In this document: in pieces, positions 1-10,638 of the stretch
Layout of the letters: the number at the start of each line of letters is the position of its first letter
Position numbering within the stretch: position 1 is the stretch's first letter
Assembly: GCA_003141835.1 (NCBI GenBank)
Contig: PLNR01000007.1
Location: 3,639 to 67,638 of the forward strand
Reading direction: 5' to 3'
Length of the DNA: 64,000 nucleotides
Source: Candidatus Omnitrophota bacterium
GTDB taxonomy: Bacteria; Omnitrophota; Gorgyraeia; Pluralincolimonadales; Pluralincolimonadaceae
Made by a program: the position numbers and the translations under genes
The notes under the pieces: generated by a model
Seen by the model: only the letters and a program-made list of their open reading frames with translations
Told to the model about the DNA's origin: nothing
Databases searched by the model: none

Positions 1-360
1 ATAATCCCGGATTCGTGCATCCTCCTGGATTATATGCTGAACCTCGCAACGGATGTCGCCATGCACATGGCCGTCTATCCGGAACGTATGATAGAGAACC
101 TTAACAGGATGAAGGGCCTTGTATTCTCGCAGAGGGTGCTTTTGGCGCTGATCGGCAAGGGGATAACAAGGAACGAGGCGTATGACATGGTCCAGAAATG
201 CGCGATGCGCGCCTGGAAGGAGAATGTCGAATTCAAGTCGATACTCATGGACGATATCGATGTCACGAAGTACCTGCCGCACGAGGAGATAGAGGCCTGT
301 TTTGACCTGGGCTATTATACCAAGAATGTCGACAGGATCTATAAAAGGTTAGGATTATGA
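1..360 (+). CDS. purB: adenylosuccinate lyase, C-terminal part (gene starts before the window)
   Basis: Frame open from base 1 (IIPDSCILLDYML...); GLVFSQRVLLAL and REEAY-like ASL C-terminal domain; sits upstream of purC. Confidence 0.93.
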   Translation: MIPDSCILLDYMLNLATDVAMHMAVYPERMIENLNRMKGLVFSQRVLLALIGKGITRNEAYDMVQKCAMRAWKENVEFKSILMDDIDVTKYLPHEEIEACFDLGYYTKNVDRIYKRLGL

Positions 361-1262
361 CGGAAAAAGTGAAAGAAGAGGTCTTACTCGCCACCGAGAA
401 CATCCCGCTCAAATTCTTCAAGCGCGGGAAGGTCCGGGACATCTACGAGCTCGACGGCAAATTGCTCATCGTCGCGACCGACAGGATATCGTGTTTCGAC
501 GTGGTCCTGTCCGAAGGCGTCCCGTATAAAGGGAAAGTCCTCACCCAGATATCGAAGTTCTGGTTCGAATACCTGAAAGACCTGAGCGAGAACCACGCGG
601 TGACGTTTGACGTTGAATCGCTGCGCGATAAGCTCGGCGGCGCGGCGGATATATTAAAAGACCGCTCGATGCTGGTAAAGAGGACCCGGCCGCTCGCGAT
701 AGAGTGCGTGGTCAGGGGATACCTGGCCGGTTCCGGATGGAAGGAATACAAAGAGACCGGCGAGATATGCTCCATCAAGTTGCCGAAGGGCCTCAAAGAA
801 TCCGACAAACTGCCCGAGCCGTTATTTACCCCCTCGACGAAGGAGGATATCGGCCACGACTTGAATATCACGGAGTTCGGCGCGAGGAAAAAACTCGGCG
901 ACAGGCTTTACGACCTCGTAAAGAGCAAGACGATAGCGATTTACAACAAGGCCGCGGAATACGCGGATTCGAAGGGGATAATAATCGCCGACACAAAGTT
1001 CGAGTTCGGCGTTACCGAAGAGGGCAAGACGATACTTATCGACGAGGTGCTGACCCCGGATTCATCGAGGTTCTGGCCTAAGGAGAAGTACAAGCCGGGC
1101 GGGCCGCAGGTAAGCTTCGATAAGCAGTTCGTGAGGGATTATCTCGAAGGCCTGGACTGGAACAAGACACCACCGGCCCCGCACCTGCCCGAGGATATCA
1201 TCAAGAAGACGAGCAAGAAGTATCTGGAGGCCTTAAGGAAGTTAACCGACAAGGAGCTCTAA
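357..1262 (+). CDS. purC: phosphoribosylaminoimidazolesuccinocarboxamide (SAICAR) synthase
   Basis: RGKVRDIY, TDRISCFD, ADTKFEFG, DEVLTPDSSRFW, SFDKQFVRDYL motifs. Confidence 0.97.
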   Translation: MTEKVKEEVLLATENIPLKFFKRGKVRDIYELDGKLLIVATDRISCFDVVLSEGVPYKGKVLTQISKFWFEYLKDLSENHAVTFDVESLRDKLGGAADILKDRSMLVKRTRPLAIECVVRGYLAGSGWKEYKETGEICSIKLPKGLKESDKLPEPLFTPSTKEDIGHDLNITEFGARKKLGDRLYDLVKSKTIAIYNKAAEYADSKGIIIADTKFEFGVTEEGKTILIDEVLTPDSSRFWPKEKYKPGGPQVSFDKQFVRDYLEGLDWNKTPPAPHLPEDIIKKTSKKYLEALRKLTDKEL

Positions 1263-4157
1263 GTGCTGTGGCGCGTTGAAGTATTCGATAAGGATCATGG
1301 CTTCGACTCCGGCGTCAAGAGGGATATAGAGGACCTGGGCATCAAAGGCGCCGAGTCGGTCGAGGTCGCGCAGGTATATATAATCAAGGGCAGCATCTCC
1401 CGGCCGGGGATAAAAAGGATCGCTGGGGAGTTGCTCACCGATCCCGTTACCCAGGCCTATTCATACAGGTCGAGCCCTATAACAGACAAAAACGCCCGCG
1501 CGAAAAATAAGGCCGTTGTAGAAGTGACCTATAACGCCGGCGTGATGGACCCTGTCGAGGAGAGCGTGAAGAAAGGCATCCTCGATCTCGGCGTAAAAGG
1601 CGTCGAGTCGGTCAAGACCGCGAAAAAATATATCATAAGCGGAAAGATATCAACGGGGCAGCTTAAGACGATAAGCGAAAAGCTCCTCTTCAATAAAGTC
1701 ATCCAGCATGTCGTCACCGGCCCGGATTCCTATAACTTCAAAAACCCTCCGCAATACCATTTTAAACTTATAACGGTGGATATCCCCGGGTCATCCGATA
1801 AGGACCTCGAGGAGATAAGCAAAAAAGGCCAATTATTCCTGAGCCTCGCCGAGATGCGCAGGATAAGGGAATACTTCAGGACGCTCAGGCGCGAACCTAC
1901 GGATGTCGAGCTCGAGACGCTCGCGCAGACGTGGTCCGAGCATTGCGGCCACAAGACATTCCGCGGGATGATAGATTACGAGTCCGGAGGGAAGAGGCGC
2001 CGCATAAATAATCTCCTTAAAGAGACGATAATGAAGGCGACCGCCGAACTTAATAAGCCGTGGTGCGTTTCGGTATTCAAGGATAATTCCGGCGTCATAA
2101 GGTTCGACGGGAAATATAACGTCTGCTTCAAGGCCGAGACGCATAACCATCCGTCGGCCATCGAACCGTACGGCGGCGCGAATACCGGGCTCGGCGGCGT
2201 TATTCGCGATCCGCTCGGCACCGGCCTCGGCGCGAAGCCGATATTGAATACCGACGTCTTCTGTTTCGGCGAGCCGGATTACGCTTTCAACCGCCTGCCG
2301 AAAGGCGTCCTCCACCCGAAGAGGGTCATGAAAGGCGTCGTCGCAGGCGTGCGCGATTACGGCAATAAGATGGGCATACCGACGGTCAACGGCGCCGTGC
2401 TCTTCGACAACAGGTATATCGGGAATCCCCTGGTCTATTGCGGGAATGTCGGCATTATGCCGAAAGATAAATCTTTCAAGGAGGTCGAGAGCGGGGACCT
2501 GGTCGTCCTCGTAGGCGGAAAGACCGGCCGCGACGGGATACACGGCGCGACTTTTTCTTCCGGCGAGTTGACATCGGAATCGGAGCAGGTCTCGGCGCAG
2601 GCCGTCCAGATCGGGAACCCTATCGAAGAGAAGAAGGTGGCCGACTGCATCCTGAAAGCCCGCGACTTAAACCTGTATGACGCGATAACGGATTGCGGCG
2701 GCGGCGGATTATCGAGCGCCGGAGGCGAGATGGGCGAGAAGACAGGCGTCAGGATAGACCTCGATAAGATACCACTCAAATACGAAGGGCTGACCTATAC
2801 CGAGATATGGATATCGGAGGCGCAGGAGAGGATGGTCCTCTCGGTGCCCAAAAATAAAGTAAAAAAACTGCTCGAGGTCTTCGAAAAAGAGGATGTCGAG
2901 GCGACGGTGATCGGCGAGTTCACGCGCACAAAAAAACTGGAACTTTTTTACAAAGGGAAGAAGGTCTGCGACCTCGACATGAAATTCCTGCACGACGGCC
3001 TGCCGAGGATCGTCAGGAAGGCGAGATGGACGAGGCCCAAACGCGTCGAGCCGCGGTTCGCGTGCCCGAAAAACCTGACGCCGTCGCTCTTGAAGATATT
3101 GTCGGACTGGAACGTGTGCAGCAAGGAATGGATAATCAGGCAATACGACCATGAGGTCCAGGCCGCCTCCGTCATAAAACCGCTCACCGGCGCGGATAAC
3201 GACGGGCCGTCAGACGCGGCCGTCGCCAGGCCGGTATTAAATTCGGACAGGGGCGTAATAATATCGAACGGGATAAACCCGAGGTACGGGGAGATCGACC
3301 CGTACTGGATGGCGGCGTCGAATATCGACGAGGCGATGAGGCAGATAATTGCGGTGGGAGGCGACCTCAAAGAAGTGGCGCTGCTGGACAATTTTTGCTG
3401 GGGCGACACTGACCAGCCGTCGCAATTAGGAAGCCTCGTAAGGGCGGCCGAGGGTTGTTATGACATGTCGAAGGGTTTCCAGGCGCCTTTCATTTCGGGC
3501 AAGGACAGCCTCCATAACGAATATATCGTCGGCAAGAAACGCGTATCGATCCCGGGAACCCTGCTCGTCTCGGCTATCAGCGTGGCCGATAACGTAAAAA
3601 AATGCATCACTATGGATTTTAAGGAAGCCGGCGACCTCATATATGTTGTTGGCATGACCTATGACGAGCTCGGCGGTTCATATTATTATAAGTCGCGGGG
3701 CGCGGCGGCAGGGAATTCCGTGCCGACCGTGGACGCGAAACGCGGCCGCGCGCTGATGGAAAAATTGAGCCGCGCGATAAAAGGCGGACTCGTGAACGCA
3801 TGCCATGATTGCTCGGAGGGCGGTATAGGGGTCGCGGCGGCAGAGATGGCGTTCGCCGGAGGGTTCGGTGCAGAGATAAAACTGGAAAAGGTGCCTTTCA
3901 AGGCAAAATATGATAAGCGCGGGAAGAAACGCGATGATGTCACTCTCTTCTCGGAGTCTAACACCCGCTTCATTGTCGGGGTAAGCCCGGAAAAACAGAG
4001 GGGGTTTGATAAGGCGATGAGGGGCGCCCCAGTCGGGTTAATAGGCGGCGTCCTCGATGAAAAATATTTTGCGGTCTATGGCCTGGGCGGAGACATCGTC
4101 GTCAGGACCGACTATAAAGAATTAAAGGAGGCCTGGCAGGCGCCGTTAAGATGGTAG
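1263..4157 (+). CDS. purL: phosphoribosylformylglycinamidine synthase subunit PurL with N-terminal tandem PurS-like domains
   Basis: QTWSEHCGHK, KAETHNHPSAIEPYGGA, GRDGIHGATFSS, QYDHEVQ motifs; GTG start. Confidence 0.96.
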   Translation: MLWRVEVFDKDHGFDSGVKRDIEDLGIKGAESVEVAQVYIIKGSISRPGIKRIAGELLTDPVTQAYSYRSSPITDKNARAKNKAVVEVTYNAGVMDPVEESVKKGILDLGVKGVESVKTAKKYIISGKISTGQLKTISEKLLFNKVIQHVVTGPDSYNFKNPPQYHFKLITVDIPGSSDKDLEEISKKGQLFLSLAEMRRIREYFRTLRREPTDVELETLAQTWSEHCGHKTFRGMIDYESGGKRRRINNLLKETIMKATAELNKPWCVSVFKDNSGVIRFDGKYNVCFKAETHNHPSAIEPYGGANTGLGGVIRDPLGTGLGAKPILNTDVFCFGEPDYAFNRLPKGVLHPKRVMKGVVAGVRDYGNKMGIPTVNGAVLFDNRYIGNPLVYCGNVGIMPKDKSFKEVESGDLVVLVGGKTGRDGIHGATFSSGELTSESEQVSAQAVQIGNPIEEKKVADCILKARDLNLYDAITDCGGGGLSSAGGEMGEKTGVRIDLDKIPLKYEGLTYTEIWISEAQERMVLSVPKNKVKKLLEVFEKEDVEATVIGEFTRTKKLELFYKGKKVCDLDMKFLHDGLPRIVRKARWTRPKRVEPRFACPKNLTPSLLKILSDWNVCSKEWIIRQYDHEVQAASVIKPLTGADNDGPSDAAVARPVLNSDRGVIISNGINPRYGEIDPYWMAASNIDEAMRQIIAVGGDLKEVALLDNFCWGDTDQPSQLGSLVRAAEGCYDMSKGFQAPFISGKDSLHNEYIVGKKRVSIPGTLLVSAISVADNVKKCITMDFKEAGDLIYVVGMTYDELGGSYYYKSRGAAAGNSVPTVDAKRGRALMEKLSRAIKGGLVNACHDCSEGGIGVAAAEMAFAGGFGAEIKLEKVPFKAKYDKRGKKRDDVTLFSESNTRFIVGVSPEKQRGFDKAMRGAPVGLIGGVLDEKYFAVYGLGGDIVVRTDYKELKEAWQAPLRW

Positions 4158-4960
4158 CGCTAAAGGGCAGGCCGAAGGTAGTGGTGCTGCGCGCGGCAGG
4201 GACGAATTGCGATATGGAGACGGCTTTCGCGTTCGAGCACGCCGGCGCTATACCGGAAGCGGTCCATATAAACCAGCTTGTCAGCGGCGAGAAGAAGCTG
4301 CGCGATTACCATATCCTGGCGGTACCCGGCGGTTTTACTTACGGCGACGACGTCGGTTCCGGAAAGATATTGGCGAATGAATTAAAATATAAATTGGCCG
4401 GCGACCTCGAAAAATTCGTCGGCGCGGGAAAGCTCATTATCGGGATATGCAACGGTTTCCAGGTCCTCGTCAAGGCGGGCCTGCTGCCGGGCAAGGGAAC
4501 GGACGGCGAGCAGCTCGAAGCGACGCTTACGACGAACGACACGGCGCGCTATGAAGACAGGTGGGTGCACCTGAAACCCGCCAAAGGCTTGAATATCGGA
4601 TTTAAGAGCAAGTGCGTCTGGACAAAAGGCATTGAGCGGATGATATATATACCTGCAGCCCACGGCGAAGGGAAATTCATCCCGAAGGACGACGAGGTCT
4701 TGGGGAAATTGTGGGCGAACGGGCAGGTTGTTTTCAGGTACGTCGACCCGTACGGCAAACTCGCCGGGTTCCCGTGGAACCCTAACGGGTCGGTCGATAA
4801 TATCGCCGGAGTATGCGACATAACCGGGAGGATATTTGGGCTTATGCCGCATCCGGAGAGGCATCTATTCGCTTCCCAGCATCCGCGATGGACGCGCGGA
4901 GAGGCGCAGGGAGAAGGGGACGGAGTCAGTATCTTCAGAAACGGGGTCAAGAGTGTATAA
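4151..4960 (+). CDS. purQ: phosphoribosylformylglycinamidine synthase glutaminase subunit
   Basis: GTNCD, PGGFTYGD, GICNGFQ, AHGEG, NPNGS, MPHPER motifs. Confidence 0.96.
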   Translation: MVALKGRPKVVVLRAAGTNCDMETAFAFEHAGAIPEAVHINQLVSGEKKLRDYHILAVPGGFTYGDDVGSGKILANELKYKLAGDLEKFVGAGKLIIGICNGFQVLVKAGLLPGKGTDGEQLEATLTTNDTARYEDRWVHLKPAKGLNIGFKSKCVWTKGIERMIYIPAAHGEGKFIPKDDEVLGKLWANGQVVFRYVDPYGKLAGFPWNPNGSVDNIAGVCDITGRIFGLMPHPERHLFASQHPRWTRGEAQGEGDGVSIFRNGVKSV

Positions 4961-4972
4961 TCGAGGTGCAAA

Positions 4973-6373
4973 ATGGGCAAGGATATAAAAGAATACTGCG
5001 GACTATTCGGTGTCTACGGCCACAAGGATGCGGCGCGCCTTACGTATCTCGGTCTTTATGCGCTCCAGCACAGGGGAGAGGAGTCGGCCGGTATAGTCTC
5101 TTACGACGGGGAGACTAATCACATCCACAAAGGGATGGGGCTGGTGGCGGACGTTTTCAAAGAGGAAAATTTGAACAGCCTTAAAGGCGAGACCGCCATA
5201 GGGCATGTCAGGTATTCCACGACCGGTTCGACGACGCTGAAGAACGCGCAGCCCGTAGTGACGGATTATTCGCGCGGGACTATTGCGATCGGGCATAACG
5301 GCAACCTCGTGAACGGGGCGGACCTCCGAGATGAGCTTGAGGCGCGCGGTTCGATATTCCAGACAACGCTCGATTCCGAGATAATAGTGCATCTTATGGC
5401 GCGCCCGGAACACAAAAATTTCGAGGAAGGCCTCGCGTACGCGCTTAAGCAGATCAAGGGGGCTTTTTCCCTCATCATAATGAAAGAGGATATGCTCGTC
5501 GGGGTGCGCGACCCGCACGGATGGAAACCCCTGTGCCTTGGCAAGCTTGACGGAGCATATGTCCTGGCGAGCGAGACTACGGCATTGGACCTGATCGAAG
5601 CGGAGTTCATCCGCGAACTGGAGCCGGGAGAGGTCCTGTATATCACCAAGAAAGGCTTACGCTCGACCAAGCCGCAGGTGGAAAGTAAGAGGTTGGCCCA
5701 TTGCATATTTGAACTTGTATATTTTGCCAGGCCGGATTCATTTATCTTCGGGGAATCCGTCCATCTGGTGAGGCAGAGGCTCGGACACAGGCTTGCGCAG
5801 GAGCATCCGGTCGACGCGGACCTTGTCATCCCGGTGCCTGATTCCGGAACGCCTGCCGCGCTCGGCCTCTCGCATGAATCCGGGATAGAGCTCGAGATGG
5901 GCATAATAAGGAACCATTACATCGGCAGGACATTCATCCAGCCGCTGCAGCATATACGGGATTTCAGCGTGAAGATAAAGTTGAACCCGATCAAGGAACT
6001 GCTGAAGGACAAGAGGATAATCGTCGTAGATGATTCGATCGTCCGCGGGACGACCTCGCGCACCAGGATAAAGAAGCTTTACGATGCCGGGGCCAAGGAA
6101 GTCCACATGAGGATATCGTGCCCGCCCATAAAGTATCCGTGCTTTTACGGGATAGATTTCCCGACGAAGAAAGAATTGATCGCGGCGACGCATTCTATCG
6201 AAGAGATAAGGAAGTTCCTGGGCGTCACCACGCTCGGTTATCTTTCGATCGAGGGACTGTTAAGCTGCGTCTCGTGCCCTAAGGATTACTGCACCGCATG
6301 TTATACCGGGGATTATCCGGTGCCGTTCGGCGGCCAGGCGAATAAGTTCGCGACAGAATACAAAGGATATTAA
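4973..6373 (+). CDS. purF: amidophosphoribosyltransferase
   Basis: Short propeptide then CGLFG; LQHRGEES, GHVRYST, VDDSIVRGTT, C-terminal CTAC Fe-S ligands. Confidence 0.97.
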   Translation: MGKDIKEYCGLFGVYGHKDAARLTYLGLYALQHRGEESAGIVSYDGETNHIHKGMGLVADVFKEENLNSLKGETAIGHVRYSTTGSTTLKNAQPVVTDYSRGTIAIGHNGNLVNGADLRDELEARGSIFQTTLDSEIIVHLMARPEHKNFEEGLAYALKQIKGAFSLIIMKEDMLVGVRDPHGWKPLCLGKLDGAYVLASETTALDLIEAEFIRELEPGEVLYITKKGLRSTKPQVESKRLAHCIFELVYFARPDSFIFGESVHLVRQRLGHRLAQEHPVDADLVIPVPDSGTPAALGLSHESGIELEMGIIRNHYIGRTFIQPLQHIRDFSVKIKLNPIKELLKDKRIIVVDDSIVRGTTSRTRIKKLYDAGAKEVHMRISCPPIKYPCFYGIDFPTKKELIAATHSIEEIRKFLGVTTLGYLSIEGLLSCVSCPKDYCTACYTGDYPVPFGGQANKFATEYKGY

Positions 6374-6374
6374 G

Positions 6375-7379
6375 ATGGGGCTTACTTACAAGAAAGCGGG
6401 AGTGGACATCCTGAAGGCTACCCGTTTCGTAGATGCCATAAAAAAGCATACGAGGGCGACGGCGCGCAAGGGCGCGGACTGCAGGCTCGGAGGGTTCGGC
6501 GGGCTCTTCGACCTTAAGGCGGCCGGGTACAAAGACCCGGTGCTCGTTTCGTCTACCGACGGGGTCGGCACGAAATTAAAGATCGCGTTCCTGGCGGATA
6601 AGCACGACACCGTAGGCATAGACATGGTAGCGATGAACGTCAACGACATATTGACATCGGGCGCCGAACCGCTATTCTTCTTCGATTATATTGCGACCGG
6701 AAAGATAGACAAGAAGGTACTGGTCGATGTAGTGGAGGGGATCGCCGAGGGATGCAGGCAAGCGGGCTGCGCGCTGATAGGCGGCGAGACCGCAGAGATG
6801 CCGTCGTTCTATAAAGAAGGCGAATATGACCTCGCCGGTTTTTGCGTCGGGGCGGTCGAGAGGAGCAAGATAGTCGACAGCTCTAAAATGAAGGCGGGCG
6901 ACATCGCCGTAGGCCTCGCTTCGAACGGCCTGCACTCGAACGGGTATTCGCTGGTCAGGAAAGTATTTTCACGGGCCGAGCAGAAGGCGCTTTCGAAAGA
7001 ACTTCTGCGCCCGACGAGGATCTACGTAAAGCCCGTACTGGAACTAAAGAAGAAGGCGGAGATAAAAGGCATCGCCCACATAACCGGCGGCGCCTATTTC
7101 GAGAAGCTGCCGCGCATCGTCCCCGGAGATAAAGACCTTATCATCGAAAAGGGGGCGTGGATAGTCCCGGAAATATTCAAGAGGATCCAGCGCAAGGGAA
7201 AGATCGAAGAGATAGAGATGTTCCGGACATTCAATATGGGCCTCGGGATGGTGATAGTCATATCGCCGGAAGATTACCCCGCGGCAAAAAAAATATTCGA
7301 CAAATGGAAGATGGATTCGTGGATCGTCGGTTCGGTGGATAAAGGGAAGGGCAAAGTAAGGATAATATGCGGGTTCTGA
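6375..7379 (+). CDS. purM: phosphoribosylformylglycinamidine cyclo-ligase (AIR synthase)
   Basis: YKKAGVD, TDGVGTK, GGETAEMP, SNGLHSNGYSL, AHITGG, TFNMG. Confidence 0.97.
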   Translation: MGLTYKKAGVDILKATRFVDAIKKHTRATARKGADCRLGGFGGLFDLKAAGYKDPVLVSSTDGVGTKLKIAFLADKHDTVGIDMVAMNVNDILTSGAEPLFFFDYIATGKIDKKVLVDVVEGIAEGCRQAGCALIGGETAEMPSFYKEGEYDLAGFCVGAVERSKIVDSSKMKAGDIAVGLASNGLHSNGYSLVRKVFSRAEQKALSKELLRPTRIYVKPVLELKKKAEIKGIAHITGGAYFEKLPRIVPGDKDLIIEKGAWIVPEIFKRIQRKGKIEEIEMFRTFNMGLGMVIVISPEDYPAAKKIFDKWKMDSWIVGSVDKGKGKVRIICGF

Positions 7380-8641
7380 TAGTGGGTTCGGGCGGGAGGG
7401 AACACGCGCTCGCCTGGAAGATAAGGCAGTCGCCGCTGGTCGATAAGGTATTCTGCGCGCCGGGGAACGGCGGAATATCGCAGATCGCCGAATGCGTCGA
7501 CATAAAAGCCGATGACATAGCCGCCCTGACCGCTTTTGCCTCGAGGAACAGGATAGACCTTACGGTCGTCGGGCCTGAGGCGCCCCTCTCAGGGGGGATA
7601 ACGGATAAATTCTGCGCGAACGGCCTCAGGGTATTCGGGCCGTCCAAAGAAGCCGCGCGGCTCGAGTCGAGCAAGGTCTTCATGAAAGAACTCGCGAAGA
7701 AATACGGGATCCCGACCGCGGGATTTGAGGTCTTCACCGACAGCGCCGCCGCAAAAAAATATATAAACGGGTCCAAGGGAAAATTTGTCGTGAAAGCGGA
7801 CGGGCTGGCCGCGGGAAAAGGCGTGGTCGTCTGCTCCTCGAAAGAGGAAGGCCTTGAGGCGGTAGAAGCGATGATGGAAAAGAAGATATTCAAGGACGCC
7901 GGCAAAAAAGTGATAATCGAAGAATGCCTTGAAGGCGAAGAGGCGTCGATCATCGTCGTGACCGACGGGAAAGACGCGGTCCCTCTCGCCTCGGCCCAGG
8001 ACCACAAGAGGATCCTGGACGGGGATAAGGGCCCGAATACCGGCGGGATGGGCGCGTATTCGCCCGCGCCTGTCGTTTCTGAAGCGATGATGAATACCGT
8101 AATGAAGGATATAATCAGGCCGGCGATAGACGGGTTGAACAAAGAGGGTATAAAATATACCGGCGCCCTGTATGCCGGGCTGATGATAGACGGCTCCGGC
8201 CCGAAACTGCTCGAGTTCAACTGCAGGTTCGGCGATCCCGAGACTCAGGCGATATTGCCGCGCTTAAAGAGCGATTTCGTGGAACTGGTCGAGGCTTCGG
8301 TGGACGATGAGATAGATATAGTTTCGCTCGAGTGGGACGCCAGGCCGTGCGTTTCGGTCGTGGTCTCCTCCGGCGGGTATCCCGGGGAATATAAGACGGG
8401 TTTTGAGATCGACGGGCTCGATGCCCTGGAAAAAATGAAAGATGTCCATGTCTTCCATGCCGGGACGAGGTTATCCGGCGAAAAGACGGTGACTGCGGGC
8501 GGGCGGGTCCTGAACGTGACCGCGCTCGGCTCGGACATAAAAGACGCGATAGACAGGTGCTATAACGCCGTAAACCTCATAGAGTTCGAGGGGATGCATT
8601 TCAGGAGAGATATAGGTTACAGGGCGCTAAACAGGAGATGA
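7367..8641 (+). CDS. purD: phosphoribosylamine--glycine ligase
   Basis: GSGGREHALAW, KADGLAAGKGV, QDHKR, GPNTGGMGAY, EFNCRFGDPETQ. Confidence 0.97.
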   Translation: MRVLIVGSGGREHALAWKIRQSPLVDKVFCAPGNGGISQIAECVDIKADDIAALTAFASRNRIDLTVVGPEAPLSGGITDKFCANGLRVFGPSKEAARLESSKVFMKELAKKYGIPTAGFEVFTDSAAAKKYINGSKGKFVVKADGLAAGKGVVVCSSKEEGLEAVEAMMEKKIFKDAGKKVIIEECLEGEEASIIVVTDGKDAVPLASAQDHKRILDGDKGPNTGGMGAYSPAPVVSEAMMNTVMKDIIRPAIDGLNKEGIKYTGALYAGLMIDGSGPKLLEFNCRFGDPETQAILPRLKSDFVELVEASVDDEIDIVSLEWDARPCVSVVVSSGGYPGEYKTGFEIDGLDALEKMKDVHVFHAGTRLSGEKTVTAGGRVLNVTALGSDIKDAIDRCYNAVNLIEFEGMHFRRDIGYRALNRR

Positions 8642-9141
8642 CAAAAATGGCAAAGCCAAGGATCGCGGTCATATTAGGTTCCGATTCGGACCTTCCGGCG
8701 ATGGAGGAAGGGCTTAAGGTATTGAAGGATTTCAAGGTGCCCTTCCATCTCAAGATAATGTCCGCCCACAGGAGCCCGGCCCTGGTGCATGATTTTGCGA
8801 AGTCGGCTGAGAAGAACGGGATAAAGGTCGTGATAGCTGCCGCGGGCGGCGCCGCCCACCTGGCAGGCGTCATCGCGTCCATGACCAAACTGCCGGTCAT
8901 CGGCGTCCCGATGGAAACGCGCAGCCTTAACGGCATGGATTCGCTCTTCTCGACCGTGCAGATGCCTTACGGCGTCCCGGTCGCGACTATGGCCATAGGA
9001 AAATCCGGCGCCAGGAACGCCTCGATATTCGCGCTGCAGATACTCGGCCTGACCGACACTAAGATTGCGGGAGAGCTCAACGCTTTCAAAAAGAGGCTCG
9101 AGGCGGACGTGATAGCGAAGAACAAAAAACTGAAATTATGA
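8638..9141 (+). CDS. purE: N5-CAIR mutase
   Basis: GSDSD, SAHRSP, AGGAAHLAG, VQMP.GVPVAT. Confidence 0.96.
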   Translation: MTKMAKPRIAVILGSDSDLPAMEEGLKVLKDFKVPFHLKIMSAHRSPALVHDFAKSAEKNGIKVVIAAAGGAAHLAGVIASMTKLPVIGVPMETRSLNGMDSLFSTVQMPYGVPVATMAIGKSGARNASIFALQILGLTDTKIAGELNAFKKRLEADVIAKNKKLKL

Positions 9142-9740
9142 CGGAAGTCATCCGCATAAGCGCTTCGAGGCCCAGCGCGGCTGCCGTAAAAAAGGCAGCC
9201 TCGGTCCTAAAAAAAGGGGGACTAGTGGCTTTCCCGACCGAGACGGTCTACGGCCTCGGCGCGAACCTCCTCGATAAAAAAGCGGTAGGGAAGGTGTACG
9301 AAATAAAAAAACGCCCGAGGAACAAGCCGCTTACGGTGCATGTTGCCGATACGGCCTCGGTAAGGAAGATAACGGGGAATATCCCTCTCCGCGCCGCGAA
9401 GCTTATAAAGAAGTATTGGCCGGGCCCGTTGACGGTCATATTGAAGGATAGGCGCGGGAAAAAGACCGGCTTCAGGATGCCGGACAATAAGATAGCTTTC
9501 GGCCTGATAAAAAAAGCCGGCGTCCCGGTCGTGGCGCCGAGTGCTAATATCTCTGGTAATAAACCGCCGACGGACGCCAAAGGGGTATTGCGCGACCTCG
9601 ACGGGAAGATCGACATTGTGATCGACGGCGGAAAGACGGTGATCGGCATCGAATCTACGGTAGTCGATATGACCGGACGGACGCCTAAGATATTGCGCGA
9701 AGGCGCGATATCAAAAGCGGAGATCGAGAAGATATGGTAA
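9138..9740 (+). CDS. tsaC: L-threonylcarbamoyladenylate synthase (YrdC/Sua5 domain)
   Basis: AFPTETVYGLGA, K.RP..KPL, WPGPLT, APSANISG, ESTVVD. Confidence 0.92.
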   Translation: MTEVIRISASRPSAAAVKKAASVLKKGGLVAFPTETVYGLGANLLDKKAVGKVYEIKKRPRNKPLTVHVADTASVRKITGNIPLRAAKLIKKYWPGPLTVILKDRRGKKTGFRMPDNKIAFGLIKKAGVPVVAPSANISGNKPPTDAKGVLRDLDGKIDIVIDGGKTVIGIESTVVDMTGRTPKILREGAISKAEIEKIW

Positions 9741-10204
9741 AGTCGGTATTGATGGTATGCACCGGCAACTCATGCCGCAGCGTAATGGCCGAAGGGCTTT
9801 TGAAAAAATGGCTCAAAGACAACGGATGCGGCGATGTCAGGGTCGCCTCGGCCGGGATAGCGACCATCCCGGGCATGATGGCCAGCTCGAACGCGATAGA
9901 CGTGATGAAGAGGGAGCATGTCGACATTTCAAGCCACCGGGCCCAGGCCGTTTCCGAAAGATTAATAAATGAGTACGATCTCATACTTTGCATGGAGCCG
10001 GTGCACGTAGCGACGATAACCGGGATTTTACCCGGCGCGGAGCGGAAAACCTACTTACTTTTGGATTACGCCTATGACGGCGATGAAAAACCCAAGAATT
10101 TGCGGATCACCGACCCTATCGGGAAACCGAAAGAGGTCTATGAATCAGTGCTTATAACCTTAAAAGACGCGATAGAAAAGTTAGGGAGGAAGATATGCGG
10201 ATAG
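9734..10204 (+). CDS. low-molecular-weight protein arginine/tyrosine phosphatase (YwlE-like)
   Basis: VCTGNSCRS P-loop, SAGI, DPIG; position in a tsaC-phosphatase-rpiB-glyA cluster. Confidence 0.85.
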   Translation: MVKSVLMVCTGNSCRSVMAEGLLKKWLKDNGCGDVRVASAGIATIPGMMASSNAIDVMKREHVDISSHRAQAVSERLINEYDLILCMEPVHVATITGILPGAERKTYLLLDYAYDGDEKPKNLRITDPIGKPKEVYESVLITLKDAIEKLGRKICG

Positions 10205-10638
10205 CTATCGGCGCCGACCACGGCGGTTTCGATCTCAAGAGTAAGGTCATAAAATACCTCAAGTCGAAAGGCTATGAGATAAAGGATTTCGGGTGCTATG
10301 CGCCGGAGCCATGCGATTATCCCAAATACGGGTTCCTCGTCGCGGAAGCGGTCGGGAAGAAGAAATTCGCGCGCGGCATATTGATATGCAAAAGCGGCAT
10401 AGGGATGTCGATAGTCGCCAATAAGGCCCGCGGCGTGAGGGCAGCCCTCGTCTACAATATCGAGGACGCGCGCTTATCCCGCGAACACAACGACGCGAAC
10501 GTCGTGGTCTTCGGCTCGAGATCTATGAACACTTATAAGGTGAAGAAGATACTGGACGTGTGGCTTTCGACGAGGAGGCTCGGCGGGAGGCACTTAAGGA
10601 GAGTAAAGCAAATATCCGACCTGGAGGCGAGCCGATGA
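10195..10638 (+). CDS. rpiB: ribose-5-phosphate isomerase B
   Basis: [36 protein letters not shown]. Confidence 0.94.
   Translation: MRIAIGADHGGFDLKSKVIKYLKSKGYEIKDFGCYAPEPCDYPKYGFLVAEAVGKKKFARGILICKSGIGMSIVANKARGVRAALVYNIEDARLSREHNDANVVVFGSRSMNTYKVKKILDVWLSTRRLGGRHLRRVKQISDLEASR

Noticed and set aside
7258-8220. Long antisense ORFs (also 29926-30906, 33596-34396, 62018-62755 and others)
   Set aside because: Shadow frames of well-supported + strand genes in GC-rich coding DNA, with no recognisable motifs
9734-10204. Arsenate reductase ArsC call from CTGNSCRS
   Set aside because: It lacks the downstream redox Cys pair of thioredoxin-coupled ArsC and lies in the tsaC-phosphatase-rpiB-glyA context
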